Assembly (NCBI GenBank): GCA_028278265.1 | Contig: JANQET010000041.1 | Coordinates: 18,702-82,701, forward strand | DNA length: 64,000 nucleotides | Origin: Myxococcota bacterium | GTDB taxonomy: Bacteria; Myxococcota_A; Polyangia; JAAYKL01 | Reading direction: 5' to 3' | In this document: one piece after another, positions 47,301-56,220 of the stretch | Numbering within the stretch: position 1 is the first letter of the stretch | Layout: the number at the start of each line of letters is the position of its first letter | The notes under the pieces: generated by a model | Told to the model about the DNA's origin: nothing | Seen by the model: only the letters and a program-made list of their open reading frames with translations | Database searches by the model: none | Position numbers and translations under genes: made by a program

Positions 47301-47858
47301 CAGCCACATCCGCAATCCGCTGCGAAAGACCAGCGCGGCCAGGATCACCGCCCCCAGCAGCCACAGCACCACCACCAGATGCAGAACCGACCAGGCAAAA
47401 CGGGGCGGATCGGTGAGCGGTTTTGGCGAGGATGTGAGGGGGAGGCTGGATGGCGCTTCCCCAAGAGCGGTCGGGAGGTCGGGTGGCTGATCCGGCAGAA
47501 CCGGTGACCCGGTCGTGGTTGACATCGGAAGGTCGAGTGGATCGAATTTTGCCGATCTAGGGGTGGATGATGGTGCGCCCGGTGGTCGGTCCGACACGGG
47601 GGAGGTCTTCCCGAGCAATTGTTGCAGTGCGAGCTGGGGGGGTGGCGGTACCAACTCGTTGATACCGATGCCTAGCGGGACACCCCAGGGGATGATCATG
47701 CGAAGGGGTAGTATCAGCCAGAGCAACCCGTACCAGCGTGCCTCGATCCTCCGACCGGCGATGACTTTGACCAGCATGATCAGACATACCAACAGCACGG
47801 CTTGCCAGCTGGACCACCACAGCCAATCGAGAAATGACTGTAGGTTACTGTTCATCAT
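44331..47858 (-). CDS. BlaR1/MecR1-family M56 peptidase fused to a beta-lactamase-related serine hydrolase domain and a large C-terminal extension
   Basis: Probable start MMNSNLQSFLDWLWWSSWQAVLLVCL (overlaps blaI by 14 nt). Four N-terminal TM helices. M56 zinc motif HELAHLKRHD. Middle domain resembles class-C beta-lactamase/PBP-like hydrolases. About 1175 aa in total. Confidence 0.7.
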   Translation of the reverse strand: MMNSNLQSFLDWLWWSSWQAVLLVCLIMLVKVIAGRRIEARWYGLLWLILPLRMIIPWGVPLGIGINELVPPPPQLALQQLLGKTSPVSDRPPGAPSSTPRSAKFDPLDLPMSTTTGSPVLPDQPPDLPTALGEAPSSLPLTSSPKPLTDPPRFAWSVLHLVVVLWLLGAVILAALVFRSGLRMWLEVKRRRPVVDQAVLTLLENCKEQMKVQTVLAIVETDTVRTPALFGFVRPRLLLPTGLIDSLSREELRHVFFHELAHLKRHDIPLGWVLALLQVAHWFNPFVWFGFARLRLDQELATDSLALSAMELHTPASYGHTIVNMLTRLGRPRGLPNLVGVLEDKSQLKRRIKMITFFKRDAYRWSWLACGVIIAVGCMTLSNRSNKSAQPFVSDTEMETRLARLDEAVAAKREALDIPGLALVVVKDDQVIYAKGHGVRNAAQQLPVTTDTVFPINQMTWGFTSALLLMAEEEGNLSLDDSPRDWLPYFSLKDPAANDAVTIRHLLNHTTGLADVDMSYWAGRLSREESIRLLGQAEPTAELGKAFQYQQTMMVVAGECAAGALGQPYEQLVQARIFDPLGMKKARATQSSMVNEPLAAVGYRKLSQTVGVQPVGSFSSDSYASSTGIIASADDLARWLRLLLNGGRLENVQLISPQKMAQWIPPHAVEDYRLGWMLRDRQGDLQLGHPGRGEGFLSMIGLLPGKRLGFALLVNRDDAPQIVDFVTTQVFALLDSTDQPDKPAYPAGAAEEAGLYGVLGGIKYEIRWRDGYLTMHSKGLPVQTLLPEADRKYRWSDPPEGFYVTFRPSKQNPKMSELVFERPYGTVVYRQLTPRLIAAATNRPLPAELMELVGSYQPADQSVDYRITPNEGTLSLIEPGKVPLALIHREGTPADTYGFVATREDIAIEMRRDAAGRIIGARYRFMDRTIELNKLEEQAPTITPADLEARAAKAHNADAIADLRSMVLHYRLQRPLDGMSGRMAEYRDQENRLCQERIYTAFKREVTRSRIVFDGNTSHQWNTRFPTGDLGELKNDALRQYALFNPFTGWRQHYETISDVRMTEVDGTPVHVVEKRRPSGVVVVEYFDQQTDLLLQQELRLSWNDNRPTLIYIEQYGDYQTVQGIRIPHRVRFRTYRVNPWERRLIDREEYQIEKVALNAAISDDLFGSPAWSER

Positions 47859-48234
47859 CGGATGTCCTTTTCTCGTTGAGCATCGCCTTGAGCGCGGCGA
47901 TGTCTTCCTCGGACAGGGCATCGGCCTCCAAAAAGGTCGCCAGCAGCGGTCGAATCGCCGCAGAGCGAATTTTGGCCAAAAAAGAGTGGGCTTCGGCGCG
48001 AACGCACTCGGCTTCCGACAAGGTGGGGTAGTAGTGATACTCCCGGCCGATCACATCAAACGCCAGCGCCCCCTTGCCGACCAGACGGCTGATCAACGTG
48101 CGAATGGTTTTGTCCCCCCAAGAGGTGGACGCTTTCAACAGGTCGACCACTTGGTTGGCCGTGAGCGGAGACTGGCTCCAGAACACGTTCATTACGGTCC
48201 ACTCCGCTTGTGAAATTTTTGGTTTTTGTTCCAT
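47845..48234 (-). CDS. blaI: BlaI/MecI/CopY-family transcriptional repressor
   Basis: MEQKPKISQAEWTVMNVFWSQSPLTANQVVDLLKASTSWGDKTIRTLISRLVGKGAL... is a typical penicillinase-repressor winged helix. 129 aa. Confidence 0.85.
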   Translation of the reverse strand: MEQKPKISQAEWTVMNVFWSQSPLTANQVVDLLKASTSWGDKTIRTLISRLVGKGALAFDVIGREYHYYPTLSEAECVRAEAHSFLAKIRSAAIRPLLATFLEADALSEEDIAALKAMLNEKRTSDDEQ

Positions 48235-48249
48235 TTTATCGCTCCAGGA

Positions 48250-48286
48250 TTACAGCTGTAATAGTGTAAATATTACAACTGTAATC
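48250..48286. promoter_or_regulatory. BlaI operator: two palindromic boxes ATTACAGCTGTAAT and ATTACAACTGTAAT separated by 9 bp
   Basis: Both boxes match the BlaI/MecI consensus half-sites TACA/TGTA (TTACAnnTGTAA). They lie 16 bp upstream of the blaI start codon. Confidence 0.7.
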
Positions 48287-48400
48287 CTGTTGTCAAGCGG
48301 AAAGGTGGAAAAAGTTCACAACAAAGAAGAAGTGGGTCACCCGGCTTAAGCCACGGAGTTGCGCGCCGGTTCAGATGGTAAAGAATTTAACGTAGGGGGA

Positions 48401-48934
48401 AAGATGGGAGATCATCGGAAAATACTCGGATCGTGTGGCATCGTCGGGTGGGTGCTGATCGCCCTGCTCAGCTGTGACGACGACGAGAAAGACAACCTGG
48501 CCTGCGAGAGCGATTGTGTCTCTGATTATAAGGCCGAGCTCGGCGGGTGCGAAGAAGCATCCATCGAATGCATTCAGGGATGCGCGGATTTAGAGGACTA
48601 CGATTGTCTATGGGATTGCGAAGATCACTTGGACGATTGTCAATTCGACTTCACCATGTGCGCCTCCGGGTGTCCCTGTCTGAGTGATGTCCAGGGGTGT
48701 ATTTTCGATTGCGAAAACGATGTGAACTGTATGATCGAATGTTCCGAGATTTACGCAGACTGTGCGGGTCAGGATGCCCCCTACACCTGCGTGATGATCT
48801 GCGACTCAGAACACGCGGGCTGTGAATCAACCTGTGACGACGCCGCCGCCGATCTGGCGGAGTACATCACCTGCCGCGCCCCTTGTCACCAGAATCAGCT
48901 GGAGTGTCTGGACGACTGCGTCCAATCGCCCTAA
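48401..48934 (+). CDS. Cysteine-rich, acidic secreted lipoprotein
   Basis: MGDHRKILGSCGIVGWVLIALLSCDDDEKD (lipobox LSC). 25+ Cys in repeated C-x3-C / CxDC arrangements (CESDCVSDY, CIQGCADLEDYDCLWDCEDHLDDC...). Confidence 0.5.
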   Translation, partial: KMGDHRKILGSCGIVGWVLIALLSCDDDEKDNLACESDCVSDYKAELGGCEEASIECIQGCADLEDYDCLWDCEDHLDDCQFDFTMCASGCPCLSDVQGCIFDCENDVNCMIECSEIYADCAGQDAPYTCVMICDSEHAGCESTCDDAAADLAEYITCRAPCHQNQLECLDDCVQSP

Positions 48935-49102
48935 CTCGCAAGTCCCAAAAGCGGTTTTGTTCAATGGGAAGTTGACAAAAAAGTTCTCCTTCCTGGTTCA
49001 TCGTTTTCCGCCTGCCGGTGTTGGTATCAGCGATGGCATGATCAACTGCGTCGCTCGGCCGTGCGGGCTTCGCGCACATTCTACTTGAAGAAGGAGTAAA
49101 AG

Positions 49103-50716
49103 ATGAAACGCACCAATTTACTAAACAGCCTGATCGCTTTGGTGATTTTACTGGGACTGCCCCACTGCCAGATGGCAGATCGATTGCCGGGTGATCCCGA
49201 GGATGAGGGAAACCCATTCTATCATGAAGACAATTTTGATGCCGATCCGGCGCTCGATGACGCCACCCCGGCATTGCCGTTGCCTGTTGACGAAGAAGTG
49301 GATCAATCAGCCGGTGGGCGCCTCACCGTGCCGATTACCCCGCGGAACTTTGTCGTCGACGAATCGGGCAGTGATTGCAAGGCCACTCGCTTTACGTACA
49401 CCAAGACCCCACCTTATCAGGGAAGGCAACCGTTGGAGTACGTGCTCGAGCGCAAGCGGGATGCCACCGGCAGGTGGATGAAGGTAGCGGGTCAGGGTGG
49501 CGGTGACGGTGCGGTGATATATGACGGTCGGTTCATCCCCATGCCGCATGAACGGTACCAGTATCGTCTGAAGGCGCGCTATCCCCAGGGCTATTCCCGG
49601 TCGTCTGCGGTGATCACCCGTCGACCGGTGGGCTGTGAGGTCGAGCACGATCTGGACGTCACTGTCTTCCTCTTTTCGCCCAATGACATCTCGTTGCCGT
49701 ACGGCAATCCCTACGCCGATGACGTTGTGTTCGACGAGACCCCGGGCAGCCTCAGTGTGCACAACTACCTCGTCGAAGTTTCGGCCGGTCTTTATGCGAC
49801 GCCCCAAGCGATTGAACAACACGCGGTCCAAATCGAAGGGACGACAAGAGGGTGGTACTGGCTCCCGCACGGTAGAGACTATTTTTGCAAACCTGGTAGC
49901 AACCCCTGCGCCGGCGTGATGAACGGCGTGGCGTCCTGGTTGTGGAGTTGGGACACCTATCACAGCCTGCGGGCGATGTATCCGGCAGATTATTATGTCG
50001 TGATCATTAATGATGACACAACCACCAACGGGGGCGGTGTCTTCATGGGCGGCGATACCGCGTTTGTGGGTAGCTCAGCGCTCAATGGCAAAGATCCCCA
50101 TACCATCATTCATGAGCTCGGGCATGCCATGGGCCTCAATCACAACCCGGGGATTTACTGTCCCGACGGTGTGTTCCCCTCCAACATCTACTATCAGGGC
50201 AACTGCAGAATGGGGGTCTATGCCAACATGGCCGATCCGATGAGTGGGGTCGATTCGCTGGCGCACTTCCCGGCGTACTCCAAGTGGATTCTGGGATTCC
50301 TGCCGGGCAGCCGAACCATTGAGACCTCCCTCACTTCGGGTCAGAGTCGGCAGTACAGGCTCCATGAAGCCTCGATGGCCTACTATGGTAACTACACCCA
50401 GCTGGTGATGATCAAGCTCGATGACTACGATACACACCTGACGGTCGAATTCCGCCGTCCGGTCGGGTTCAACGAGCACGCCGGATACGGCGATACGCCG
50501 CTACCGGAAGGGGTATATGTGAGCTTGCGGCCTGGACGTACCCGCAACAGCAACATGGGGGGCAACGACCTGTACACCCCGTACCACTACTTCTCCTGGA
50601 ACCAGCCGGACGTGGCTACCAAGTCCCAAGATTTCTACGATCCGAACCTCGGCATTCGGGTAGAGGTCAGAAACATGTACAGCTATCGCGCAGACATCAC
50701 CATTTCTCGCGACTAA
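49103..50716 (+). CDS. Secreted zinc metalloprotease lipoprotein (metzincin, HExxHxxGxxH)
   Basis: MKRTNLLNSLIALVILLGLPHC signal/lipobox. HTIIHELGHAMGLNHN zinc-binding consensus, with downstream Met (CRMGVYANM) as a possible Met-turn. Confidence 0.75.
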   Translation: MKRTNLLNSLIALVILLGLPHCQMADRLPGDPEDEGNPFYHEDNFDADPALDDATPALPLPVDEEVDQSAGGRLTVPITPRNFVVDESGSDCKATRFTYTKTPPYQGRQPLEYVLERKRDATGRWMKVAGQGGGDGAVIYDGRFIPMPHERYQYRLKARYPQGYSRSSAVITRRPVGCEVEHDLDVTVFLFSPNDISLPYGNPYADDVVFDETPGSLSVHNYLVEVSAGLYATPQAIEQHAVQIEGTTRGWYWLPHGRDYFCKPGSNPCAGVMNGVASWLWSWDTYHSLRAMYPADYYVVIINDDTTTNGGGVFMGGDTAFVGSSALNGKDPHTIIHELGHAMGLNHNPGIYCPDGVFPSNIYYQGNCRMGVYANMADPMSGVDSLAHFPAYSKWILGFLPGSRTIETSLTSGQSRQYRLHEASMAYYGNYTQLVMIKLDDYDTHLTVEFRRPVGFNEHAGYGDTPLPEGVYVSLRPGRTRNSNMGGNDLYTPYHYFSWNQPDVATKSQDFYDPNLGIRVEVRNMYSYRADITISRD

Positions 50717-50802
50717 CGGATCATCTATTCGCTATCAAATAGGGTCAACAAATCTCGATAGCCGCTGAGATCCCTGTCGATGAAAACCGTATCATGGGAT
50801 CG

Positions 50803-52224
50803 TTACACCAACCCATACTCTTTCATCCGGCGCCAGAGGGTGGTTCGGCCGATGCCCAGGGATTCGGCGGTGCGGCTGCGGTTCCAGTTGTTGGATTCGA
50901 GCACCGCGAGTAGGCGGGTCTTTTCGGGGGGTATCGCTTGGCCAGTATCCGCGCCAATCGATGCGGCGAAGATGCGTTGTTCGGAGGGGCGCAGGGATCG
51001 GCTATCCGGGGTCGCGTCTAGAGCTACCTCCGGACGAATTTCCGGGGGGAGGTGGTGCAGATCGATCAGGTCGCCGGAGCTGAGCACGAACGCCCGTTCG
51101 ATGATGTTGCGCAGCTCGCGCACATTGCCCGGATAGCCGTAGTCATACAAGGCGCGCATGGCCTTGATGGTCAGTTGCGGGCGCCGGCGACCCGTACGGG
51201 TGGCTAGTCGGGCGACGAAATGGTCGACCAGAAGTGGGATGTCCTTGCGCCGATCGGCCAGTAGGGGCAACTCCACCGGCACGACTCTGATGCGGTAGTA
51301 CAGATCGTCGCGAAATTGTTCTTGTTGCACCATTTCGGCCAGGTTGCGATGGGTCGCCGAGATCAGCCGCACGTCGACCTTCTTGGTTTTCATGCCCCCC
51401 AGGGGTTGAATTTCCCCTTCCTCGAGAGCGCGGAGCAGTTTGACCTGAAACGCCGGCGAGACATCGCCGATTTCGTCGAGAAACAGGGTGCCCCCGTCCG
51501 CCTGCTCGAACCGGCCGGGTTTGTCGCGAATTGCTCCGGTAAAGGCGCCCCGGACGTGCCCGAACAATTCCGACTCGAGCAATGAATCGGGAATCGCACC
51601 GCAATTGACCCGCACGAACGGCTGGTCGGCGCGGGGCGACATTTCGTGAATCGCCTGGGCCACCAACTCCTTGCCGGTGCCGCTAGCCCCGTTGATCAAC
51701 ACCGCTGCGTCCGATTGGGCCAGCTGGGGGATCAGGGCGAACACCTCCTGCATCGAACGGCTCTGGCCGATGATGTTTTTAAAGCGATTGCGCTCTTCGA
51801 GCTCATTGCGCAGCAGCTCCAAATCCGAGACATCGCGAAAGATCTCCACCCCGCCGACCAGCCGGTCGTCACTATCTCTGAGTACGGCTGTCGACACGGC
51901 GATCGGCACGACCTCCATCTCGGCGTTGAGCACGTCGATGCGAATGTCCCGCTGGGGTTGACCGCTGGCCAAGGTTTCTCGCAGGGCGCATCCCCGCTGG
52001 CAAATGCTGGCCCGAAACACTTCGTGGCAACGGCGCCCAATCGCCTGGTCCCGACGGATGCCGATGATTCGCTCCGCCGCAGCGTTGAATGAGGTGATGT
52101 GAAACGTCTCATCCACGGTGAACACACCGTCGTTGACGCTGTCGAAGATAATCGGAAACAAGTGTTGTAGGTCGTGTTCCATTTGGATCAACAGTTCGCA
52201 AAGGCAATGCCAATTATGCAACAT
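50803..52224 (-). CDS. Sigma-54-dependent Fis-family activator with Cys-containing PAS domain (paralog of 35235..36641)
   Basis: PAS domain ([51 protein letters not shown]). Sigma-54 AAA+ motifs ([31 protein letters not shown]). HTH ([14 protein letters not shown]). Confidence 0.85.
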   Translation of the reverse strand: MLHNWHCLCELLIQMEHDLQHLFPIIFDSVNDGVFTVDETFHITSFNAAAERIIGIRRDQAIGRRCHEVFRASICQRGCALRETLASGQPQRDIRIDVLNAEMEVVPIAVSTAVLRDSDDRLVGGVEIFRDVSDLELLRNELEERNRFKNIIGQSRSMQEVFALIPQLAQSDAAVLINGASGTGKELVAQAIHEMSPRADQPFVRVNCGAIPDSLLESELFGHVRGAFTGAIRDKPGRFEQADGGTLFLDEIGDVSPAFQVKLLRALEEGEIQPLGGMKTKKVDVRLISATHRNLAEMVQQEQFRDDLYYRIRVVPVELPLLADRRKDIPLLVDHFVARLATRTGRRRPQLTIKAMRALYDYGYPGNVRELRNIIERAFVLSSGDLIDLHHLPPEIRPEVALDATPDSRSLRPSEQRIFAASIGADTGQAIPPEKTRLLAVLESNNWNRSRTAESLGIGRTTLWRRMKEYGLV

Positions 52225-52379
52225 CGCCTAATCACAGTGTTAATAGCACGTGTGACGTTTCAATTCAACTTAATTGAAACATTTTGTTTCGTTGATAACG
52301 GTATTATGAGACATTGTTGAAACTATTTTGAAACAAAGAACAGACTGTTTCAGGTATCATTTACCACTTCGATTTCACA

Positions 52380-53228
52380 TCATGTGGTGAGAATTGAAGA
52401 GACCGTTTCATTGTACAGCAGTTCGATTTGTTGCACCAAGGGACCGAGGCTCTGCGGGTTGAAACTCAGAAACTCGACTGCCTCGGGGATCAGCGGCGGA
52501 ACCAGTTGTTCACCGCTGCTGCCCAGTCGCAGGGCGTTGGCGATCAGATCCCCCAGGTGGACAATGGCGACCTCGGCGGTCGCGGCCCACGGGCCGTGGT
52601 GAAACTGAATCGCATTGCAGATCGTTTCGGGCAGGTTCCAGGCCTTGGCCAGCAGGACGCCGAGCTGGGTGTGGTTGAAGCCGAGCACGTCGTTCTCAAT
52701 GCGATAGAACGGGAGCGTTTCCCGCTGGTGACGGGTGATGATCTCCAGTGCCAGGTCGGGCAGCTGGGTGTAGACCACCAGCTTACCGATGTCGTGCAAC
52801 ATCCCGGAGACAAATGCTTGCTCGGTATTTTTGAAGCGACGCGACTTGGCGATGGCGCGGGCCCCGATTCCCGTGGCGATGCTGTGCTTCCAGAATTGGC
52901 GCATGTTGATCACCTCTTCGGGAATGTCCTCGAACTGGGAAACGACCGAGGTGGCCAGGGCCAGATCCCGTAGCTCGTCAAAGCCGATCACCAGGGTGGC
53001 GCGGGTCACCGTCTCGATTGGATTGGATAGACAGTAGAACGGGCTGTTGACCAGTCGCAGCAGGCGGGCGGTGAGATCCGGGTCCTCACTGACCACTTCG
53101 CCGATCTCCTGCACCGATACATCCGGGCGTTTCATCACCGCGTTGAGCCGCGTATACACATCCGGCAGACTCGCAATCCGGCCCAGGGATTTGATCAACT
53201 TGTTCGGATCGAGGCGGTGGGTCATCAA
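52380..53228 (-). CDS. HDOD-domain signalling protein
   Basis: LPDVYTRLNAVM...VSGMLHDIGKLVVYTQL is the characteristic HDOD (HD-related output domain) motif with MLHDIGK. Confidence 0.75.
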   Translation of the reverse strand: MMTHRLDPNKLIKSLGRIASLPDVYTRLNAVMKRPDVSVQEIGEVVSEDPDLTARLLRLVNSPFYCLSNPIETVTRATLVIGFDELRDLALATSVVSQFEDIPEEVINMRQFWKHSIATGIGARAIAKSRRFKNTEQAFVSGMLHDIGKLVVYTQLPDLALEIITRHQRETLPFYRIENDVLGFNHTQLGVLLAKAWNLPETICNAIQFHHGPWAATAEVAIVHLGDLIANALRLGSSGEQLVPPLIPEAVEFLSFNPQSLGPLVQQIELLYNETVSSILTT

Positions 53229-53557
53229 TCCCTCTCGGCACCGGCGGTGAACAAGAGCCGCTGGAGACAGACCTCGTAGAGTTGGGCAACCAGGGGATCT
53301 TCTCGATCGGTGTTGACGAAACGGGTGTCCAACCCCTCTCGGGCCCGTTCAATTTCAGCGGGGTCGAACTCCTCCGGTGTCTGGGGATCATCCTCGGTTT
53401 GAATATCCACGTGGGTGATTTGCTGGGCGATGATGATGCGGATATGGCGGTCGGATATCGGCCGGCCCGCCGGCAGCATCAGCTGTCCGTTGCTGTTGAA
53501 CAGGTCGGTTTTGAGAACCATTCCGGTGGTCAATTCTTCGACTTCGACCAGTGCCAT
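53225..53557 (-). CDS. Small regulatory-domain protein (resembles the DUF3391-type N-terminal domain often fused to HD-GYP proteins)
   Basis: MALVEVEELTTGMVLKTDLFNSNGQLMLPAGRPISDRHIRII. Overlaps the HDOD gene start (ATGA). The assignment rests on overall similarity only. Confidence 0.4.
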   Translation of the reverse strand: MALVEVEELTTGMVLKTDLFNSNGQLMLPAGRPISDRHIRIIIAQQITHVDIQTEDDPQTPEEFDPAEIERAREGLDTRFVNTDREDPLVAQLYEVCLQRLLFTAGAERD

Positions 53558-53734
53558 CTAGGCTGCTCCGGTTCGTTGAGCTTGAACAGGCGCTGAGCAA
53601 AAGCATAGTGTCAATCTTTCACACCCTCTCAATTAAATCTGGATCGAATTTCGAGGGGAGACAACATTGCAGGATTGCAGGGGTGCCGTACCACGTTGTT
53701 ATACAGAGGATTGGAAATCCCAATTTGTGGCGGC

Positions 53735-54232
53735 TCAGGAAGTAATCTCACCAAGAACGAAACGAGCGCGTTCCCGTCGCAACATCTCGAAGGGCGTCAG
53801 AAATTTTATTTTTAGTCCGATACAAGCATTTGGAATTTTTATTCTTTTCCGGGAATCTGAAAGGATTTCATGTGTTACAACGGTATGGCCATGAGCGAGG
53901 GCGTAGGCGATAAGAAAATAGTCGGCAATCTGGAGAAACAAACTCACTGCTGCCGGATCATAATCCTGACCTTGAGCCCACCTGGCTACGTCCCCTAGAA
54001 CGGTGAGCATTTTTTGGTCCGGTTGAAGAAAGAAGTTTGTGTCTCTCTCCGCTGCCCACCGGGCGAGATCATCATTACCAGCGTGTAGCTCATCTGCGAT
54101 CTTCTCAATGCTGTATACACGTTCTGCTTTGTTTTCCAAAATAAGCCAGTCCCAGAAAGCGGGACAAAAGTCCATTCCATAGTGCAAATTTTTAGCCTGA
54201 ATAAACACGTTGGCGTCTAGAAGATATGCCAT
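53735..54232 (-). CDS. DUF4411-family PIN-like putative nuclease
   Basis: MAYLLDANVFIQAKNLHYGMDFCPAFWDWL... has an N-terminal Asp in a PIN-like strand. Its size and its position immediately after an ImmA/IrrE gene match the known DUF4411 context. Low-GC islet. Confidence 0.6.
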   Translation of the reverse strand: MAYLLDANVFIQAKNLHYGMDFCPAFWDWLILENKAERVYSIEKIADELHAGNDDLARWAAERDTNFFLQPDQKMLTVLGDVARWAQGQDYDPAAVSLFLQIADYFLIAYALAHGHTVVTHEILSDSRKRIKIPNACIGLKIKFLTPFEMLRRERARFVLGEITS

Positions 54233-55374
54233 TACATCACACCCAGGCGTTGTCCGAGTGCGTTGAATGTGGTCATTTTTGAAATGCTAAGCATCCGCAA
54301 TGCATCTCGGTGGAGTGTCTGACCCTCAAGCGTGCTGATAACAAGCGCACGGGCAAAACGTTTGCTTACTCTGGCGGTTTGTGTGAGGTAGAAATTACCG
54401 CCGCTGCCCTTTGGTAGTGCCATCAAATGTGCAAGCTGATTTTCGTACGCCTTTCCTAGCTCATCTCGCGTCACCCCCCCAACGTCATAGATGCGACGCA
54501 GAATGACCAAAGTACTCGCTTTAAAATACCGGGCCAGACGATTGATCTCGTCATTGAGATTATTGGAACGATCATAAATTCTGTTCAGATGATTCAAGGG
54601 TACCAGCAGCTCCGCCGCCACCTGATTGCACCAGCTCTCGATTTGGTGAGTTGATGGTTCAAGTGCCTGAGTATCGGACAACGCCGCCTGTCCCAGCCAG
54701 ATATGCGCCAACTCATGCGCCAGCGTAAACATTTGTGCTGATTTGGTATCCCCTCCGTTAACGAATATGAGAGGTGCGAGTTCATCAGCTAGGGTGAAAC
54801 CGCGAAACTCGTGTGGATTGAGTTTTCGTTTTGTGTTGTTGCCAACAACACCACTCACCATCACTAGTATGCCCTGTTCATCTGCAAGTTCGATGAAGCG
54901 ACGCAATGCATCGGTCCAGGTTCTCATGTGCTGACGCTCTTCGAGATTGAATCCCAATGTATTCCGGATGTCCGCAGCAGCAATATTTGTATCATCAGCG
55001 AGTTTGGATGTGCCAACGAACGGTAGAGGCCCCGCTCCCATCGAACGTTCGAAATCGCGGTACCATTCCTGTCGCTGCTGGCAGAGGTGAATAGTGTCGA
55101 GCAGATCAGGACTGGGTCGGACGAGATCGGCTCTGTTCAAGGTGCGAAAGTCAGGAATTGGCACTGACTCTTTGGGAGGGGTATCAAGAAAAAAGAAGCC
55201 AATTGGTGTGTAGGTCGCCTTGGCAAAGGATTCAAGTTGTTTGAGTGTTGGAGATAGTTGACCGCTTAGCCAATTGTCGAGTTTTGGAAGTTTTTTCCTG
55301 AGATCTGTAGGGCTTTTGTTGCAACGCAGAAGGGCCCAACGGAGCATCTCCTTTTTCACATTTACTCGATTCAT
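54232..55374 (-). CDS. XRE-type HTH fused to ImmA/IrrE-family zinc metallopeptidase (COG2856)
   Basis: N-terminal HTH-like (MNRVNVKKEMLRWALLRCNKSPTDLRKKL). HEXXH-containing ImmA/IrrE core (FTLAHELAHIWLGQAALSD) followed by a C-terminal helical domain. Confidence 0.7.
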   Translation of the reverse strand: MNRVNVKKEMLRWALLRCNKSPTDLRKKLPKLDNWLSGQLSPTLKQLESFAKATYTPIGFFFLDTPPKESVPIPDFRTLNRADLVRPSPDLLDTIHLCQQRQEWYRDFERSMGAGPLPFVGTSKLADDTNIAAADIRNTLGFNLEERQHMRTWTDALRRFIELADEQGILVMVSGVVGNNTKRKLNPHEFRGFTLADELAPLIFVNGGDTKSAQMFTLAHELAHIWLGQAALSDTQALEPSTHQIESWCNQVAAELLVPLNHLNRIYDRSNNLNDEINRLARYFKASTLVILRRIYDVGGVTRDELGKAYENQLAHLMALPKGSGGNFYLTQTARVSKRFARALVISTLEGQTLHRDALRMLSISKMTTFNALGQRLGVM

Positions 55375-56220
55375 GTACTCTTCGCTACCAAATCAATCAC
55401 CCCTTGAATATAGATCAAGCTCAAATTGGATACCAGTTCTTGTTGAAACCGGTTTTCGGACTCTTTAACTATACGAGTCTGCGGACAGTGATGTGGACGG
55501 TGATTCGGACAATGATGCGGATAGCGATGGAGATGCGGAGTCGTAGAGATCGCATGCGGCGTCGGTGTCGGAATCGATACCAGTGCGCTTGTCCAGGGAC
55601 GCCGGAGTGTGAGACGTTGAAGGCGTGTCTGGCCGATCCCAACGGGGCCGGGTGTACGGGGATTCTGCAGCGCAAGCGGTGTCCGACGATCTGCGGCGGT
55701 TGAGCATGGAGCGGGAGGCGTTCACCCCTCAAGAACCGCACACCCTGCGGCTCGATTTTCTCAAGGACTCGGCCGAGCTCGAGCCGGTGTTTATTCGTGG
55801 CGATTCCGAGCTGGGCTATTTTCGCGCTCTGTACATGATGAACAACGTGCGGTGGGCCCCGGCTACTCCAATATCTGGGAGTGAGAAGAGGACTACGACG
55901 ATCCCACCACCGGGAACCGGTGATCGGCTGGATGTGGAACATCGGACACACCATTCGCCCCAACGGAGAAGTGCTCCAGGGAAATCCCGCCTTGACCAAG
56001 GAGCAGCTACCCATGACCCCGCAAAACGAAAAGCACCTACTACGACGACCTGGTCCTGTGGGCATTGGAGTATCTGGGATAATGAGAGTCGGTACGATCC
56101 GCCAATCAGGACAATCGGGATTGTAAAAAGATGTAAAAACTGTCACCTCTCTTTTTACATCTTTTCATTGGTTCCCTGCCTCAGGCTCACCTATATTCAA
56201 AGAAGCCAAAAGGAGCGGAA

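Noticed and set aside
48250-48290. Inverted repeat considered as a possible IS terminal repeat or transposon end
   Set aside because: No transposase gene nearby. The repeat units match the BlaI/MecI operator consensus (TTACAnnTGTAA) and sit at the right distance from blaI, so they are annotated as the operator.
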